A stretch of 64,000 bases of DNA from Bacteroidota bacterium. Its GTDB lineage: Bacteria > Bacteroidota > Bacteroidia > JAIBAJ01. The stretch covers positions 8,526 through 72,525 of the forward strand of contig CANJNG010000002.1 in assembly GCA_947475205.1 (NCBI GenBank), in the 5' to 3' direction. The translations under genes and the position numbers were made by a program. The stretch's first letter is position 1, and every line of letters begins with the position of its first letter. Positions 1 to 9,517 of this stretch are shown here, piece after piece. The notes under the pieces were generated by a model. It ran no database searches, had not been told where the DNA came from, and worked only from the letters and a program-made list of their open reading frames with translations.

Positions 1-1327
1 GGTCAAATTGTGCTACATCTGCAAAATCATGATTGAATGGCACGCCGTGGTCGGTCCAAGCTGGTTTCACTTCAATATAATTTGCCCACGTTTTAGTATT
101 TGAACCAGCACTGTTGGTGGTGGTTAATGAAACTGTGTGTGAACCATAGTTAGGAAAGGTAAATGTTGGATTTTCGAGGATAGATGTTGAAGGAGTAGCA
201 CCCGGAACTTCCCAAAGCCAACTTGTAACGGCTGCACGATTTGATTGATCATGAAACTTAATCTGGTCTCCGGCACAAGCAACAGTACGTTCAGCAAAAA
301 AATCTGAAAGGGGAGCACATACAACCTCAACTTCTGGATGAGCTGTTCCGGTTAGTTCCAAGTTTGCAGGTTGCCAAAGATTGTTTCTACCCGAAACAGA
401 CGAATTTATGGCTGCTGTCATTAACTCGCACTGACCGATTGTAAAGTTTTTGTTACAAAACGAATACTCCATAAAGTTTTGAATATTTTCTACAATTATA
501 CCCGCGGTATCACAAAAAGTAGGATGTGCCAAATCGCAAGTAGTCCAACCTGGGCTAAGTGGCGTATCTGAAACTCCATCATCACCGCAAATATGCAAAT
601 TAAAGTCTCCATCACCCCAAACGTGCGAAAGGTTTAAATAGTGGCCAATTTCGTGAGTAATAGTTCTTGAAGTGTAAGGGCTACTTGTTCCAATGCTTCC
701 AACATAAGTGTGCAAAGCAATAATTCCATCTTTAGTTGAGAATACCCCTGAAGTATTAACCGATGCTGGTTTGTATGCATAAGCAGAAGCCCCGGCAATC
801 ATATTATTTGCCACCCAAATGTTAAGATAACGGCTACGCTCCCAAGGATTAAGTTTAGTGTCATCCCCGGCAATGTTAGTTTTGTAAGAATAAATATGCT
901 CAATACCGTTGGTGCAATTACCTTGTGGGTCTTTGGTAGCTAAGCGAAATTGTATGTTTGCTTTACCGATAAGGTTTTGAAATTCTGGAACTACATCTAC
1001 TAAATCGGCATTAGCAGCCATAAAATCTTCATTGATTATTCGCATTACATCATGAATTTGAGAGTCATCAATATTTTCTGAACCATTATCGTGGATTATA
1101 TGAAACACCATCGGAATTATATAAGGTGCAGGGTCGGCCTTGGCTTTGCCATTCTTAATAAAGTCCTTTGTAAACTGTTCCAACTCCAATCGGCTAGCCT
1201 CAGCGTTTGGGTTTAATAACTTTGCGGCATTATCCATTTCTGAACTTATGCAGGGTTTTGCAGTTTCTTGACCAAAGCCGAAAAGAGGAGCTAAGGCAAT
1301 GAAAGCGGGAAGTAAAACTTTCTTCAT
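1..1327 (-). CDS. Secreted zinc metalloprotease, M43 (cytophagalysin/pappalysin-like) family, partial; C-terminus lies beyond the window start
   Basis: Reverse-strand translation starts with ATG at 1325-1327 (MKKVLLPAFIALAPLFGFGQ signal peptide). It contains HEIGHYLNLSHVWGDGDF (HExxHxxxxxH metzincin zinc site, read from 601-660). There is no stop before the window edge, and the open frame is absent from the ORF track only because it is edge-truncated. Confidence 0.7.
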   Translation of the reverse strand, partial: MKKVLLPAFIALAPLFGFGQETAKPCISSEMDNAAKLLNPNAEASRLELEQFTKDFIKNGKAKADPAPYIIPMVFHIIHDNGSENIDDSQIHDVMRIINEDFMAANADLVDVVPEFQNLIGKANIQFRLATKDPQGNCTNGIEHIYSYKTNIAGDDTKLNPWERSRYLNIWVANNMIAGASAYAYKPASVNTSGVFSTKDGIIALHTYVGSIGTSSPYTSRTITHEIGHYLNLSHVWGDGDFNLHICGDDGVSDTPLSPGWTTCDLAHPTFCDTAGIIVENIQNFMEYSFCNKNFTIGQCELMTAAINSSVSGRNNLWQPANLELTGTAHPEVEVVCAPLSDFFAERTVACAGDQIKFHDQSNRAAVTSWLWEVPGATPSTSILENPTFTFPNYGSHTVSLTTTNSAGSNTKTWANYIEVKPAWTDHGVPFNHDFADVAQFD

Positions 1328-1490
1328 TTCTGTTTTTTTTAAAGAGGGCAAATATATTACAGCTAATTAATATAATGTCCAAAAACTTTTTACTAAAATT
1401 TTCCTAAATCCACAGTTCATCCGAGGCCAAAATTGACCATTTGGCTGCAAGGATGTCAATAAAATCAATACTTTCGCTCAGCAAAAATTT

Positions 1491-2498
1491 ATGAAAAAAC
1501 CATTTCAAATTGCAGGAATCACTACCCTAACAATAGTGTTTTTGTTCGTCATAGTGCTTGTTTATCTCCCCCAAAACTATTCGATGAAGCGAAGCATAGT
1601 GATTAAAGCCAAAGTTTCAGACATTTTGCCCCAGTTAAACAATCTTCATAATTGGAACAATAACTGGAGTCCTTGGGTGAAAGCCGATTCAACATTGAAA
1701 ATTAGCTATTCGAAGCCGGAATGCGGAAAAGGGGCAACAATGCAATGGACAGGCAAGCAAATGGGGAAAGGTGAAATAGCAATTACACATAGTAATACCG
1801 ATAGCATAGCCTACACTTTGCATTTTACGGATTTTGATAGTTACTCTAAAGCTGTATTTATTCTTACGGAAAACGAAGAGGGAACAAAGCTGGAATGGAT
1901 AAATAGTGGAAACCTGTCGTTTTTTCTACGATGGATGCAGCCATTGATGGAAAAAATTACGGCTAGGGATTATGAAACAGGCTTAGTGAATATTAAAAGC
2001 TATGTAGAAAGCCATAAGTCGAAGGAAGTTAGCACTGAAATGAAAATTGAAACCTCTCAAAGCACGGTGAAGCAAGCTCTATTAATAAAGGTAAGGTGCA
2101 ATAAGAAAGAAATCGGCAAAAAGTTAGCAGAATCTTACAACAAGATTTTGGCTGAAATGCGGGTTCAGGAATTAACTATAGTGGGTTGGCCATTTGCAAT
2201 TTATTATCAATATGAAAATGATTTATATGAATTTGAAGCAGGGCTGGCCGTGAATAAAAAAGGAATTTGTAAAACCGGGGTGCAATACAGAGAATTTCGC
2301 ATTCAACCAGTTGTTCAAACCTTATATCATGGCTCTTATGATAGCACGGGCATTGCTCACACGGCTATCAAGAAATGGCTTCTTCAACACAATAAAAAAG
2401 TGTCGAATTCGGCATGGGAGTTTTATGTAAACGACCCAGAAACGGTTAAAAACCCCGCCGAATATCAAACTTTAGTGGTTTACCCGATGGAGAAATAA
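1491..2498 (+). CDS. Two-domain protein: N-terminal SRPBCC-like (polyketide cyclase/START-like) domain plus C-terminal GyrI-like small-molecule-binding domain, with N-terminal TM anchor
   Basis: 335 aa ORF with a hydrophobic N-terminus. The C-terminal half (ELTIVGWPFAIYY...YHGSYDSTGIAHTAIKKW) resembles the GyrI-like effector-binding fold. The assignment is by pattern only. Confidence 0.4.
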   Translation: MKKPFQIAGITTLTIVFLFVIVLVYLPQNYSMKRSIVIKAKVSDILPQLNNLHNWNNNWSPWVKADSTLKISYSKPECGKGATMQWTGKQMGKGEIAITHSNTDSIAYTLHFTDFDSYSKAVFILTENEEGTKLEWINSGNLSFFLRWMQPLMEKITARDYETGLVNIKSYVESHKSKEVSTEMKIETSQSTVKQALLIKVRCNKKEIGKKLAESYNKILAEMRVQELTIVGWPFAIYYQYENDLYEFEAGLAVNKKGICKTGVQYREFRIQPVVQTLYHGSYDSTGIAHTAIKKWLLQHNKKVSNSAWEFYVNDPETVKNPAEYQTLVVYPMEK

Positions 2499-2606
2499 GC
2501 TATACTAATAACCTATTCAGGTTAATTTCCAATCGTTTACCCTCCAGGTGTGGCGGTTTGCGTTTTTTAACACCCAATTTTCGACTTGCTGCCTTTTCTT
2601 TGCTGT

Positions 2607-4143
2607 AATGAATTCAAAAAATCCATTTCGAACTCTCAAATACGATTTGCCGGCCTCGCTCGTAGTGGCTTTGGTGGCTTTACCGCTTTGTTTAGGAATT
2701 GCCTTAGCCTCGGGAGCAAGCCTTTTTTCAGGGCTACTTTCGGGCATAATCGGTGGGGTTATAGTTGGGGCCATAAGCGGTTCGCACATAAGTGTATCAG
2801 GCCCAGCGGCAGGTTTAACCGTGATAGTGCTTACCGCCATTACTACTTTAGGTTCATTTCCGGCTTTTCTTTTGGCAGTTGTGTTGGCAGGAGCAATTCA
2901 AATAATTTTAGGATTGATAAAAGCAGGAGCAATAGGTAACTTCTTTCCAACCACAGTTATTAAAGGAATGTTGGCTGCAATTGGCGTAATTCTGATAATG
3001 AAGCAAATTCCTCACGCTGTGGGTTACGATGCCGATGTGGAGGGTGATGAGAATTTTGAGCAACCCGATGGACATAACACCCTAAGCGAAATGCTTTACA
3101 GTTTGGATAATTTCTCTGTAGAAATAATCGTGATTAGTTTGATATCATTGGCTATTCTCTTGCTTTTCGATACCAAGAAAATCAAAGAAAGCGTCTTAGC
3201 AAATATTCCTGCTTCATTAGTAGTTGTGCTTGCAGGAATGGGTTTGTCGTTCTTTTTTGAAACCTGCGTTCCACAATGGTCATTACAGCCCGAACACTTG
3301 GTGAGTTTGCCTAAATCGTCAAACCCTTTGGATTTTTTCAACCATCTTTCCTTTCCTGATTTTTCTCAAATACAAAACAAAGCAGTTTGGGTTACAGCTT
3401 TTACGTTAGCTATTGTGGCATCCCTCGAAACCCTTCTCAGCATTGAAGCAGCAGACAAATTAGACCCTTTTCGCCGTTCTTCGCCCCAAAACAGGGAGTT
3501 GCTTGCACAGGGTGTTGGCAATATGGTTTCAGGTTTAGTAGGTGGACTACCCGTTACGGCAGTTATTGTGCGTACATCAGCCAATGTGGCTGCGGGAGGA
3601 ATAACTAAACTCTCCGCTATCTTTCACGGATTTATTATTTTGCTGAGTGTGGTTTTCATTCCCAGTGTATTGAATCTCATTCCGCTTTCTTCCTTAGCCG
3701 TTATTTTGATAATGGTGGGGTATAAACTTACTAAACCTACTATTTTCAAGGATATGTATAAGTTGGGATGGGCTCAGTTTGTTCCCTTTATCGTTACTAT
3801 TTTGGCCATAGTTTTTACCGATATGCTTCGGGGAATTGCTGTTGGAATGCTGGTTTCTGTGTTTTTTATTCTGAAATCAAACTTCCGGCGAGCGATTTTA
3901 GTAACGCAGGACGGCAACAACTTCCTCATTAAGTTTGTGAAAGATGTTACATTCCTTAATAAATCATACCTCCGCACCGAACTAAACAAACTTCCGAATG
4001 GTGCTAATGTGATTATTGACACAAGCCGCCCCGTTTTTGTAGATCACGATATTGAAGATTTGGTGGAAGAGTTTACCATTACGGCCCGCAACAAGGAAAT
4101 CAATCTCGAATTTAAGAAAAAGAAAGAGGATTTTAACTTTTAA
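2607..4143 (+). CDS. SulP-family inorganic anion transporter (sulfate permease / putative bicarbonate transporter) with C-terminal STAS domain
   Basis: Multiple TM segments, a SulP-like N-terminus (LKYDLPASLVVALVALPLCLGIALASGA) and a C-terminal STAS-like region. The likely true start is MNSKNPFR at 2607 rather than the track start at 2548. Confidence 0.85.
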
Positions 4144-4155
4144 ATCACACTCATT

Positions 4156-4785
4156 ATGAAATCATCAGACCGTTTATTGCTCGAAAACAAAGCCTGGGCA
4201 CAAGAAAAACTATTCATCGACAAGGATTTTTTCCGCCGGATGTCGAAAGACCAAACCCCGGAATTTCTTTGGATTGGTTGCTCCGATTCACGTGTGCCGG
4301 CCAATGAGATAACCAATACCGACCCCGGCGAAATATTTGTGCAGCGAAACATTGCCAACTTGGTAGTGAATACCGATTTAAACCTACTAAGCGTGTTGCA
4401 ATACGCCGTAGAGGAATTAAAAGTAAAGCACATTATTGTTTGCGGTCATTACGGCTGCGGTGGCGTAAAAGCTGCCATGACCAAAAAAAGTTTCGGGATG
4501 CTCAATAAATGGTTGCATAATATTAAGGATATATATCGAATTCATAAAACCGAACTCGATGGTTTATCGGTATTTGAAGAACGCTTCGACCGCCTTGTTG
4601 AACTGAGTATCAGGGAGCAGGTGTTTAATCTAGCTAAAACCTATATTGTTCAAAATGCATGGAAACACCACCAACGCCCAACCTTACACGGCTGGGTGTA
4701 TGATATGAAAGACGGCATTTTGAATGAATTGTGCCAGATGAAACACGACGACCCAGTGGACGAAATATTTAGATATGATTTTTGA
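4156..4785 (+). CDS. Beta-class carbonic anhydrase
   Basis: CSDSRV ... HIIVCGHYGCGGV motifs (Cys/His zinc ligands of beta-CA). Lies 13 bp after the SulP gene. Confidence 0.85.
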   Translation: MKSSDRLLLENKAWAQEKLFIDKDFFRRMSKDQTPEFLWIGCSDSRVPANEITNTDPGEIFVQRNIANLVVNTDLNLLSVLQYAVEELKVKHIIVCGHYGCGGVKAAMTKKSFGMLNKWLHNIKDIYRIHKTELDGLSVFEERFDRLVELSIREQVFNLAKTYIVQNAWKHHQRPTLHGWVYDMKDGILNELCQMKHDDPVDEIFRYDF

Positions 4786-4807
4786 GTTAGTCAAAGAAAA
4801 TTGCTCC

Positions 4808-5881
4808 CTACTTCTCCTCACAACTAACTAAGTTATTTGAAACCAGTAAATCAAGCACTTCATTTGCATAAATTTTATGTGCTTTTGCATTGGGATGTTT
4901 TGGGTCAAATGGTTCGCAGTTATACCCCGGGGCATCAATATCAACAGAGGATAATTGAGTTAATGCACCCCTAGGCTTTAATAATTGAAAGACTGAGTCG
5001 CATTGTTTATCTAAGCCATAAAAAATTATTTGTATTCTGTTTTTTCTACAATATTCTATAACAGCATATAAGCATTGCATAACTGTTTTGTTATATTGAC
5101 TTTTATGAATTTGTAAATCAAAATTATCATAAGCAGTGTTTGCTAAATTTACTATTGCAGACTTATCACGAAATGGCCAGTCTTCAACCCAATCTTCCCA
5201 TTTTAGATAATCAATAATTAAGCTATCATTACTTGCAAGTTTAGCATAAGGATAGTTCAACGTAAATACTCTATTTTTCAGACTCTTCTTCAGCCCCCAT
5301 TTGAAGCTGTTTAACCAACCTCTATCTAAAACTGTTCTCACATCTAAAAATGTTGAATAATTCATTATGGCTATTGATGGCTTATTTCCTCTCTCAACAT
5401 CTTGTTTGAGTGATAAATACATTTGCACAAGACTATATCCCGGAACACCACGGTTACAAATTTGATAACTGGGAAGCATCTTTTGTAACAAAAACGGGTA
5501 ATTAGAGGTATCGGAAACAGACTGCCCGAATGTATTAGAACACCCATAAATAAAAATTTTATTTTGCTGATTATTTCCTTCCGTAGGTTTATGGAGGTCT
5601 TCGTTTCTATTTATAACTCTATTACCATTAGCATCAACGTTGCAACTGAAAAACAAGCTATCACCAGAATAAAAATCAAATTTCCCTGTACCCAATTTCC
5701 AACCAAATATACTGTCTTTAATGAAAAAAGAAGCAGGCTTAATTACAGGCAAATATTTCTCGTTTCCATAATAGGCTGGTTGTCGACCAGATAGCTTCAA
5801 GCATATTTCAATGACTAAAATCATTAAAAAAGAAATGACTATCACTACCCCAATGTTTTTTTTCATGGTTTTTCTTTGCAA
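4808..5881 (-). CDS. SGNH/GDSL-like hydrolase family protein, N-terminal membrane anchor
   Basis: IFIYGCSNTFG (block I-like G-x-S-x-T with Cys in place of Asp) and C-terminal DPKHPN (DxxH block V) suggest the SGNH fold. N-terminal TM helix. Confidence 0.4.
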   Translation of the reverse strand: MQRKTMKKNIGVVIVISFLMILVIEICLKLSGRQPAYYGNEKYLPVIKPASFFIKDSIFGWKLGTGKFDFYSGDSLFFSCNVDANGNRVINRNEDLHKPTEGNNQQNKIFIYGCSNTFGQSVSDTSNYPFLLQKMLPSYQICNRGVPGYSLVQMYLSLKQDVERGNKPSIAIMNYSTFLDVRTVLDRGWLNSFKWGLKKSLKNRVFTLNYPYAKLASNDSLIIDYLKWEDWVEDWPFRDKSAIVNLANTAYDNFDLQIHKSQYNKTVMQCLYAVIEYCRKNRIQIIFYGLDKQCDSVFQLLKPRGALTQLSSVDIDAPGYNCEPFDPKHPNAKAHKIYANEVLDLLVSNNLVSCEEK

Positions 5882-6178
5882 CTAAAGAAGTGGCTCCTTG
5901 TTTTGGGATATATAGTTTTCTAATTTTTTGTTACCAAGAGCTTACTTAGGTAGGTTAAACGTAATGCACTAAACACTCCTCAAAAGTAATTATACTATTG
6001 GGATAAACACCTGAAATATGTTTTTTGAGTTGGCCGAAGAAAAGTATTTTTCGGATGCGGGTTAAATTTGACAAATAGTAGAATTAGCCTACACAATTCC
6101 TCACAATTTCATAACCCTTTCTTAACCTACAGTTTTGGGTTCACGCCGTCCTTTGCAAATTCAAAGGAGTAAAAATCG

Positions 6179-6412
6179 GTGTCAATAAACAAAGCAATTA
6201 CAAATGAAATAGTAAGGCAAGGCACTTCCATTCCGAAACTTAGCCGGCAGTTGAATATGAATCAGGCTGTATTGAGGCGATTTATAGCTAATTCGCAAAA
6301 ACAAGCCGACTTGCTATTGAAACTTTCAAAAGCCCTTAACCACAACTTTATGGAAGATTTGGCTAAGCAAATAGTGATTGAACCAAAAGCCGAACAAAAC
6401 CAACCCAAATAG
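6179..6412 (+). CDS. Small hypothetical protein, possible HTH DNA-binding; GTG start
   Basis: 77 aa ORF directly upstream of the HAD/FAD cluster. A helix-turn-helix-like segment (IPKLSRQLNMNQAVLRRFIANSQ) is a weak indication only. Confidence 0.3.
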   Translation: MSINKAITNEIVRQGTSIPKLSRQLNMNQAVLRRFIANSQKQADLLLKLSKALNHNFMEDLAKQIVIEPKAEQNQPK

Positions 6413-6439
6413 AATTATAGCCCCAAACAATCTTAACAA

Positions 6440-7132
6440 ATGAGCAAAATAAAATTAGTAGTATTTGATATGGCCGGAACTACGGTGAAGGACAACGACG
6501 ATGTTCACAACGCTCTTATTTCGGCCATGAAACAGTTTGGCTACCCTGTTAGCAGAGGCGAGGCAAACGATGTAATGGGTTATCCGAAACCCGATGCTAT
6601 AAGATCATTGCTGGAAAATGTTGAACCCGACCACGACATAATCAGCACGGGGTATATCAACAAAATTCATAAGGTTTTTGTGGAAGAAATGATACACTTC
6701 TACAAAACCAGTCCTGAATTTGGCGGTACACCCAATGCGGAGGAAACGTTTTCAAAACTTAAAGAAAAGGGCATTATGATTGGTTTAGATACAGGCTTTT
6801 CTAAAGATATTACCGACGTAATAGTAGAAAGACTGGGCTGGCTAAAGGAGGGAAAAATAGATTTTGTGGTAGCTAGCGATGAGGTAAAAGCCGGACGGCC
6901 TCATCCTTATATGATTCAGGAATTGATGCGAAAAGCCGGAGTAGAAAGCTCTGACCAAGTGGCTAAGGTGGGCGACACAGTGGCCGATTTGCAGGAAGGC
7001 ACGAATGCTAAAACAAAATTCGTTATCGGTATCGCATCGGGAGCATATACCCGTGCTGAATTGGAGGTTAGCCCACATACACAAATCATTGGTAATTTGC
7101 TTGAGGTGGTGGAGATTGTTAGTAGTAAGTAA
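6440..7132 (+). CDS. HAD-superfamily hydrolase, phosphonatase (PhnX)-like
   Basis: N-terminal VVFDMAGTTVKD (HAD motif I with nucleophile Asp, very close to the phosphonoacetaldehyde hydrolase signature), a GLDTGFSKD block, and C-terminal VGDTVADLQEG (motif IV). Confidence 0.6.
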   Translation: MSKIKLVVFDMAGTTVKDNDDVHNALISAMKQFGYPVSRGEANDVMGYPKPDAIRSLLENVEPDHDIISTGYINKIHKVFVEEMIHFYKTSPEFGGTPNAEETFSKLKEKGIMIGLDTGFSKDITDVIVERLGWLKEGKIDFVVASDEVKAGRPHPYMIQELMRKAGVESSDQVAKVGDTVADLQEGTNAKTKFVIGIASGAYTRAELEVSPHTQIIGNLLEVVEIVSSK

Positions 7133-7203
7133 TAAGTAGCGGGTATTGAGAATGCCACGCTTCACCAATTTATCTCAATACCCACTACTCAATACTAAGT
7201 AGA

Positions 7204-8472
7204 ATGAAAGCCATTCTCGCCAAGTCGCCCATCGCTTTGTCGGCACTGTATTCCGGGCTGGTGGCATTCTGCTTATATTCCTGTATGTATGCTTTTCGCA
7301 AACCTTTCACAGCGGCATCATTTGAGGGGATAGTTTATTTTGGCTTGGGCTATAAATCCTGGTTAATTATTTCCCAGCTCATAGGCTATACATTCAGTAA
7401 GTTTTACGGCATTAAGTTTATTTCGGGACTTGATACCGGGCGGCGATGGCTTACCATTCTTATGCTTATTCTTTCTTCCTGGCTTTGCTTGGGGCTTTTT
7501 GCCTTAGTGCCTCCCTCTTTGGGAATTCTATGTTTATTTTTAAATGGTGTGCCACTTGGGATGATTTGGGGCTTGGTGTTTAGCTACCTCGAAGGCCGTC
7601 GCACAACAGAATTGGCTGGAGCCTTGCTATGTTCCAGCTTTATATTTTCGTCGGGAATGGTGAAATCGGTTGGCAAGGGACTAATGAATAGCTTTGGGAT
7701 AGGCGAATTTGCAATGCCCTTTGCGGTGGGCTTGGTTTTCTTAATTCCGCTAATTCTCTCTTTAATACTGATTGAACAAATTCCACCTCCTTCTGCACTT
7801 GATGTGCAATTGCGTTCGCAACGCAGCCCAATGAATGCTGTGGATAGAAAGAATTTTCTGCGTCAGTTTCTGCCCGGTTTGGTGCTGCTCGTAATTGCCT
7901 ACTGTATCCTTACCATTCTCCGCGACCTCCGCGACAATTTTGCTGCCGAAGTGTGGAAAGAAAACGGGTTGGGCAATAGTGCTGTCATTTTTACTCAAGC
8001 CGAATTACCCGCTACCTTTATTGTGTTGAGCATAATGGGGGCTTTGATTTTGATAAAAAACAATCTCCTCGCTTTTCGCCTAAACCTCGGCTTGATTATT
8101 TTGGGGATGAGTATTTCCTTAGTTTCATCGTTATTATTTAAAACAGGAACTATTCCCGTTCAAACTTGGATGATACTTCTTGGTGTAGGGCTGTATATGA
8201 GTTATGTGCCATTCAACTGTATTTTGTTCGAGCGACTGATGGCTACTTTCCGAAGTAAAGGCAATAGTGGTTTTGCTATTTATATTGCCGACTCTTTTGG
8301 TTATTTGGGAAGCATGGGCATTTTGGTGGTGAAAGAAACGGGCGGATTCTCTACCTATTGGACAGGATTTCTCACCAATTTAGGTTTGTGGATGTCTATT
8401 CCAGGAATAGTGTGCATACGTTTGGCAGCATTGTATTTTGAAAGGAAACAACGCAGTAGTTACCCAATTTAA
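7204..8472 (+). CDS. Polytopic membrane protein, putative transporter (about 11-12 TM), resembles the DUF5690-type proteins that accompany phosphonatase-like genes
   Basis: 422 aa, highly hydrophobic with regularly spaced TM helices. Tightly linked (72 bp) to the HAD gene. Confidence 0.45.
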   Translation: MKAILAKSPIALSALYSGLVAFCLYSCMYAFRKPFTAASFEGIVYFGLGYKSWLIISQLIGYTFSKFYGIKFISGLDTGRRWLTILMLILSSWLCLGLFALVPPSLGILCLFLNGVPLGMIWGLVFSYLEGRRTTELAGALLCSSFIFSSGMVKSVGKGLMNSFGIGEFAMPFAVGLVFLIPLILSLILIEQIPPPSALDVQLRSQRSPMNAVDRKNFLRQFLPGLVLLVIAYCILTILRDLRDNFAAEVWKENGLGNSAVIFTQAELPATFIVLSIMGALILIKNNLLAFRLNLGLIILGMSISLVSSLLFKTGTIPVQTWMILLGVGLYMSYVPFNCILFERLMATFRSKGNSGFAIYIADSFGYLGSMGILVVKETGGFSTYWTGFLTNLGLWMSIPGIVCIRLAALYFERKQRSSYPI

Positions 8473-8486
8473 CTCACATTTATGCA

Positions 8487-9452
8487 ATGAAAGCAGCAGT
8501 TTACACTAATTATGGCCCTCCGGAAGTTGCCCAATTAAAGGAAATTCCTAAACCAATACCCGCTGCCGATGAAGTTCTCGTTAAGGTGTATGCATCTACT
8601 GTAAACCGCACCGATGCAGGATTTCGCAGTGCTGAATATTTCATATCCCGTTTCTGGACAGGGTTATTGAAGCCCAAGCATCCTGTATTGGGGTGTGAAT
8701 TTGCAGGAAAGGTTGTTGAGATTGGGGAAAATGTAACCTCCTTCAAAAAGGGGGATGACGTTTTTGGCTTCAACGATATTACCTGCGGTGGCCATGGAGA
8801 ATTCTTAACCATTGCCGAAACAGATGCCATTACCACTATGCCGATTGGCCTCAACTTTATTGAATCGGCTCCAATTGCGGAGGGGGCTCACTATGCATTA
8901 GGCAATATAAGAGCCTCGAAAATAGAACGCGGACAAAATGCCTTAGTTTATGGTGCTACCGGAGCAATTGGTTCGGCTGCTGTGCAACTCCTCAAACATT
9001 TTGGGGTAAATGTTGTGGCTGTTTCAAATACCAAAAATGTAGCCTTAGTTAAATCATTGGGTGCTGATAGTGTAATTGATTATCAAACTCAGGATTTTAC
9101 CAAAACAGACAAAAAGTTTCAGTTTATTTTCGATGCTGTGGGCAAAAGTTCATTCAATCAGTGCAAGCCATTGCTAACAGAGAAAGGAATTTACATTTCC
9201 ACAGAATTAGGAAAGAATGCCGAGAATATATTTTATGCACTTACTACTCCAATTTTTGGCGGGAAGAAAGTGCTATTTCCAATTCCCAGTATCAATAAAC
9301 AGGACGTAATTTTCCTGAAGGAACTTGTTGAGCGTGGAGAATTTAAGCCCATAATTGACCGGCACTATAAATTGGATCAAATAGTAGAAGCCTATAAATA
9401 TGTTGAAACCGGACAAAAGACAGGCAATGTGGTAATAATAGTGTCTGAATAA
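8487..9452 (+). CDS. Zinc-binding alcohol dehydrogenase / NAD(P)H quinone oxidoreductase family (MDR superfamily)
   Basis: MKAAVYTNYGPPEV...EVLVKVYASTVNRTD N-terminal GroES-like fold and a GATGAIGSAAVQLLK Rossmann motif. Confidence 0.75.
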   Translation: MKAAVYTNYGPPEVAQLKEIPKPIPAADEVLVKVYASTVNRTDAGFRSAEYFISRFWTGLLKPKHPVLGCEFAGKVVEIGENVTSFKKGDDVFGFNDITCGGHGEFLTIAETDAITTMPIGLNFIESAPIAEGAHYALGNIRASKIERGQNALVYGATGAIGSAAVQLLKHFGVNVVAVSNTKNVALVKSLGADSVIDYQTQDFTKTDKKFQFIFDAVGKSSFNQCKPLLTEKGIYISTELGKNAENIFYALTTPIFGGKKVLFPIPSINKQDVIFLKELVERGEFKPIIDRHYKLDQIVEAYKYVETGQKTGNVVIIVSE

Positions 9453-9517
9453 AAGCCCTTTCAAATCTCATATTCAAAGTCTAACATCTCAAGTCTAATA
9501 TCTAAAATCCAATCCCA

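Noticed and set aside
2517-2939. Overlapping alternative-frame ORFs at the SulP gene start (2517-2840 minus, 2586-2939 plus)
   Set aside because: Out-of-frame overlaps of a well-supported transporter gene. Biased, Arg/Ser-rich translations typical of spurious ORFs in GC-richer coding DNA.
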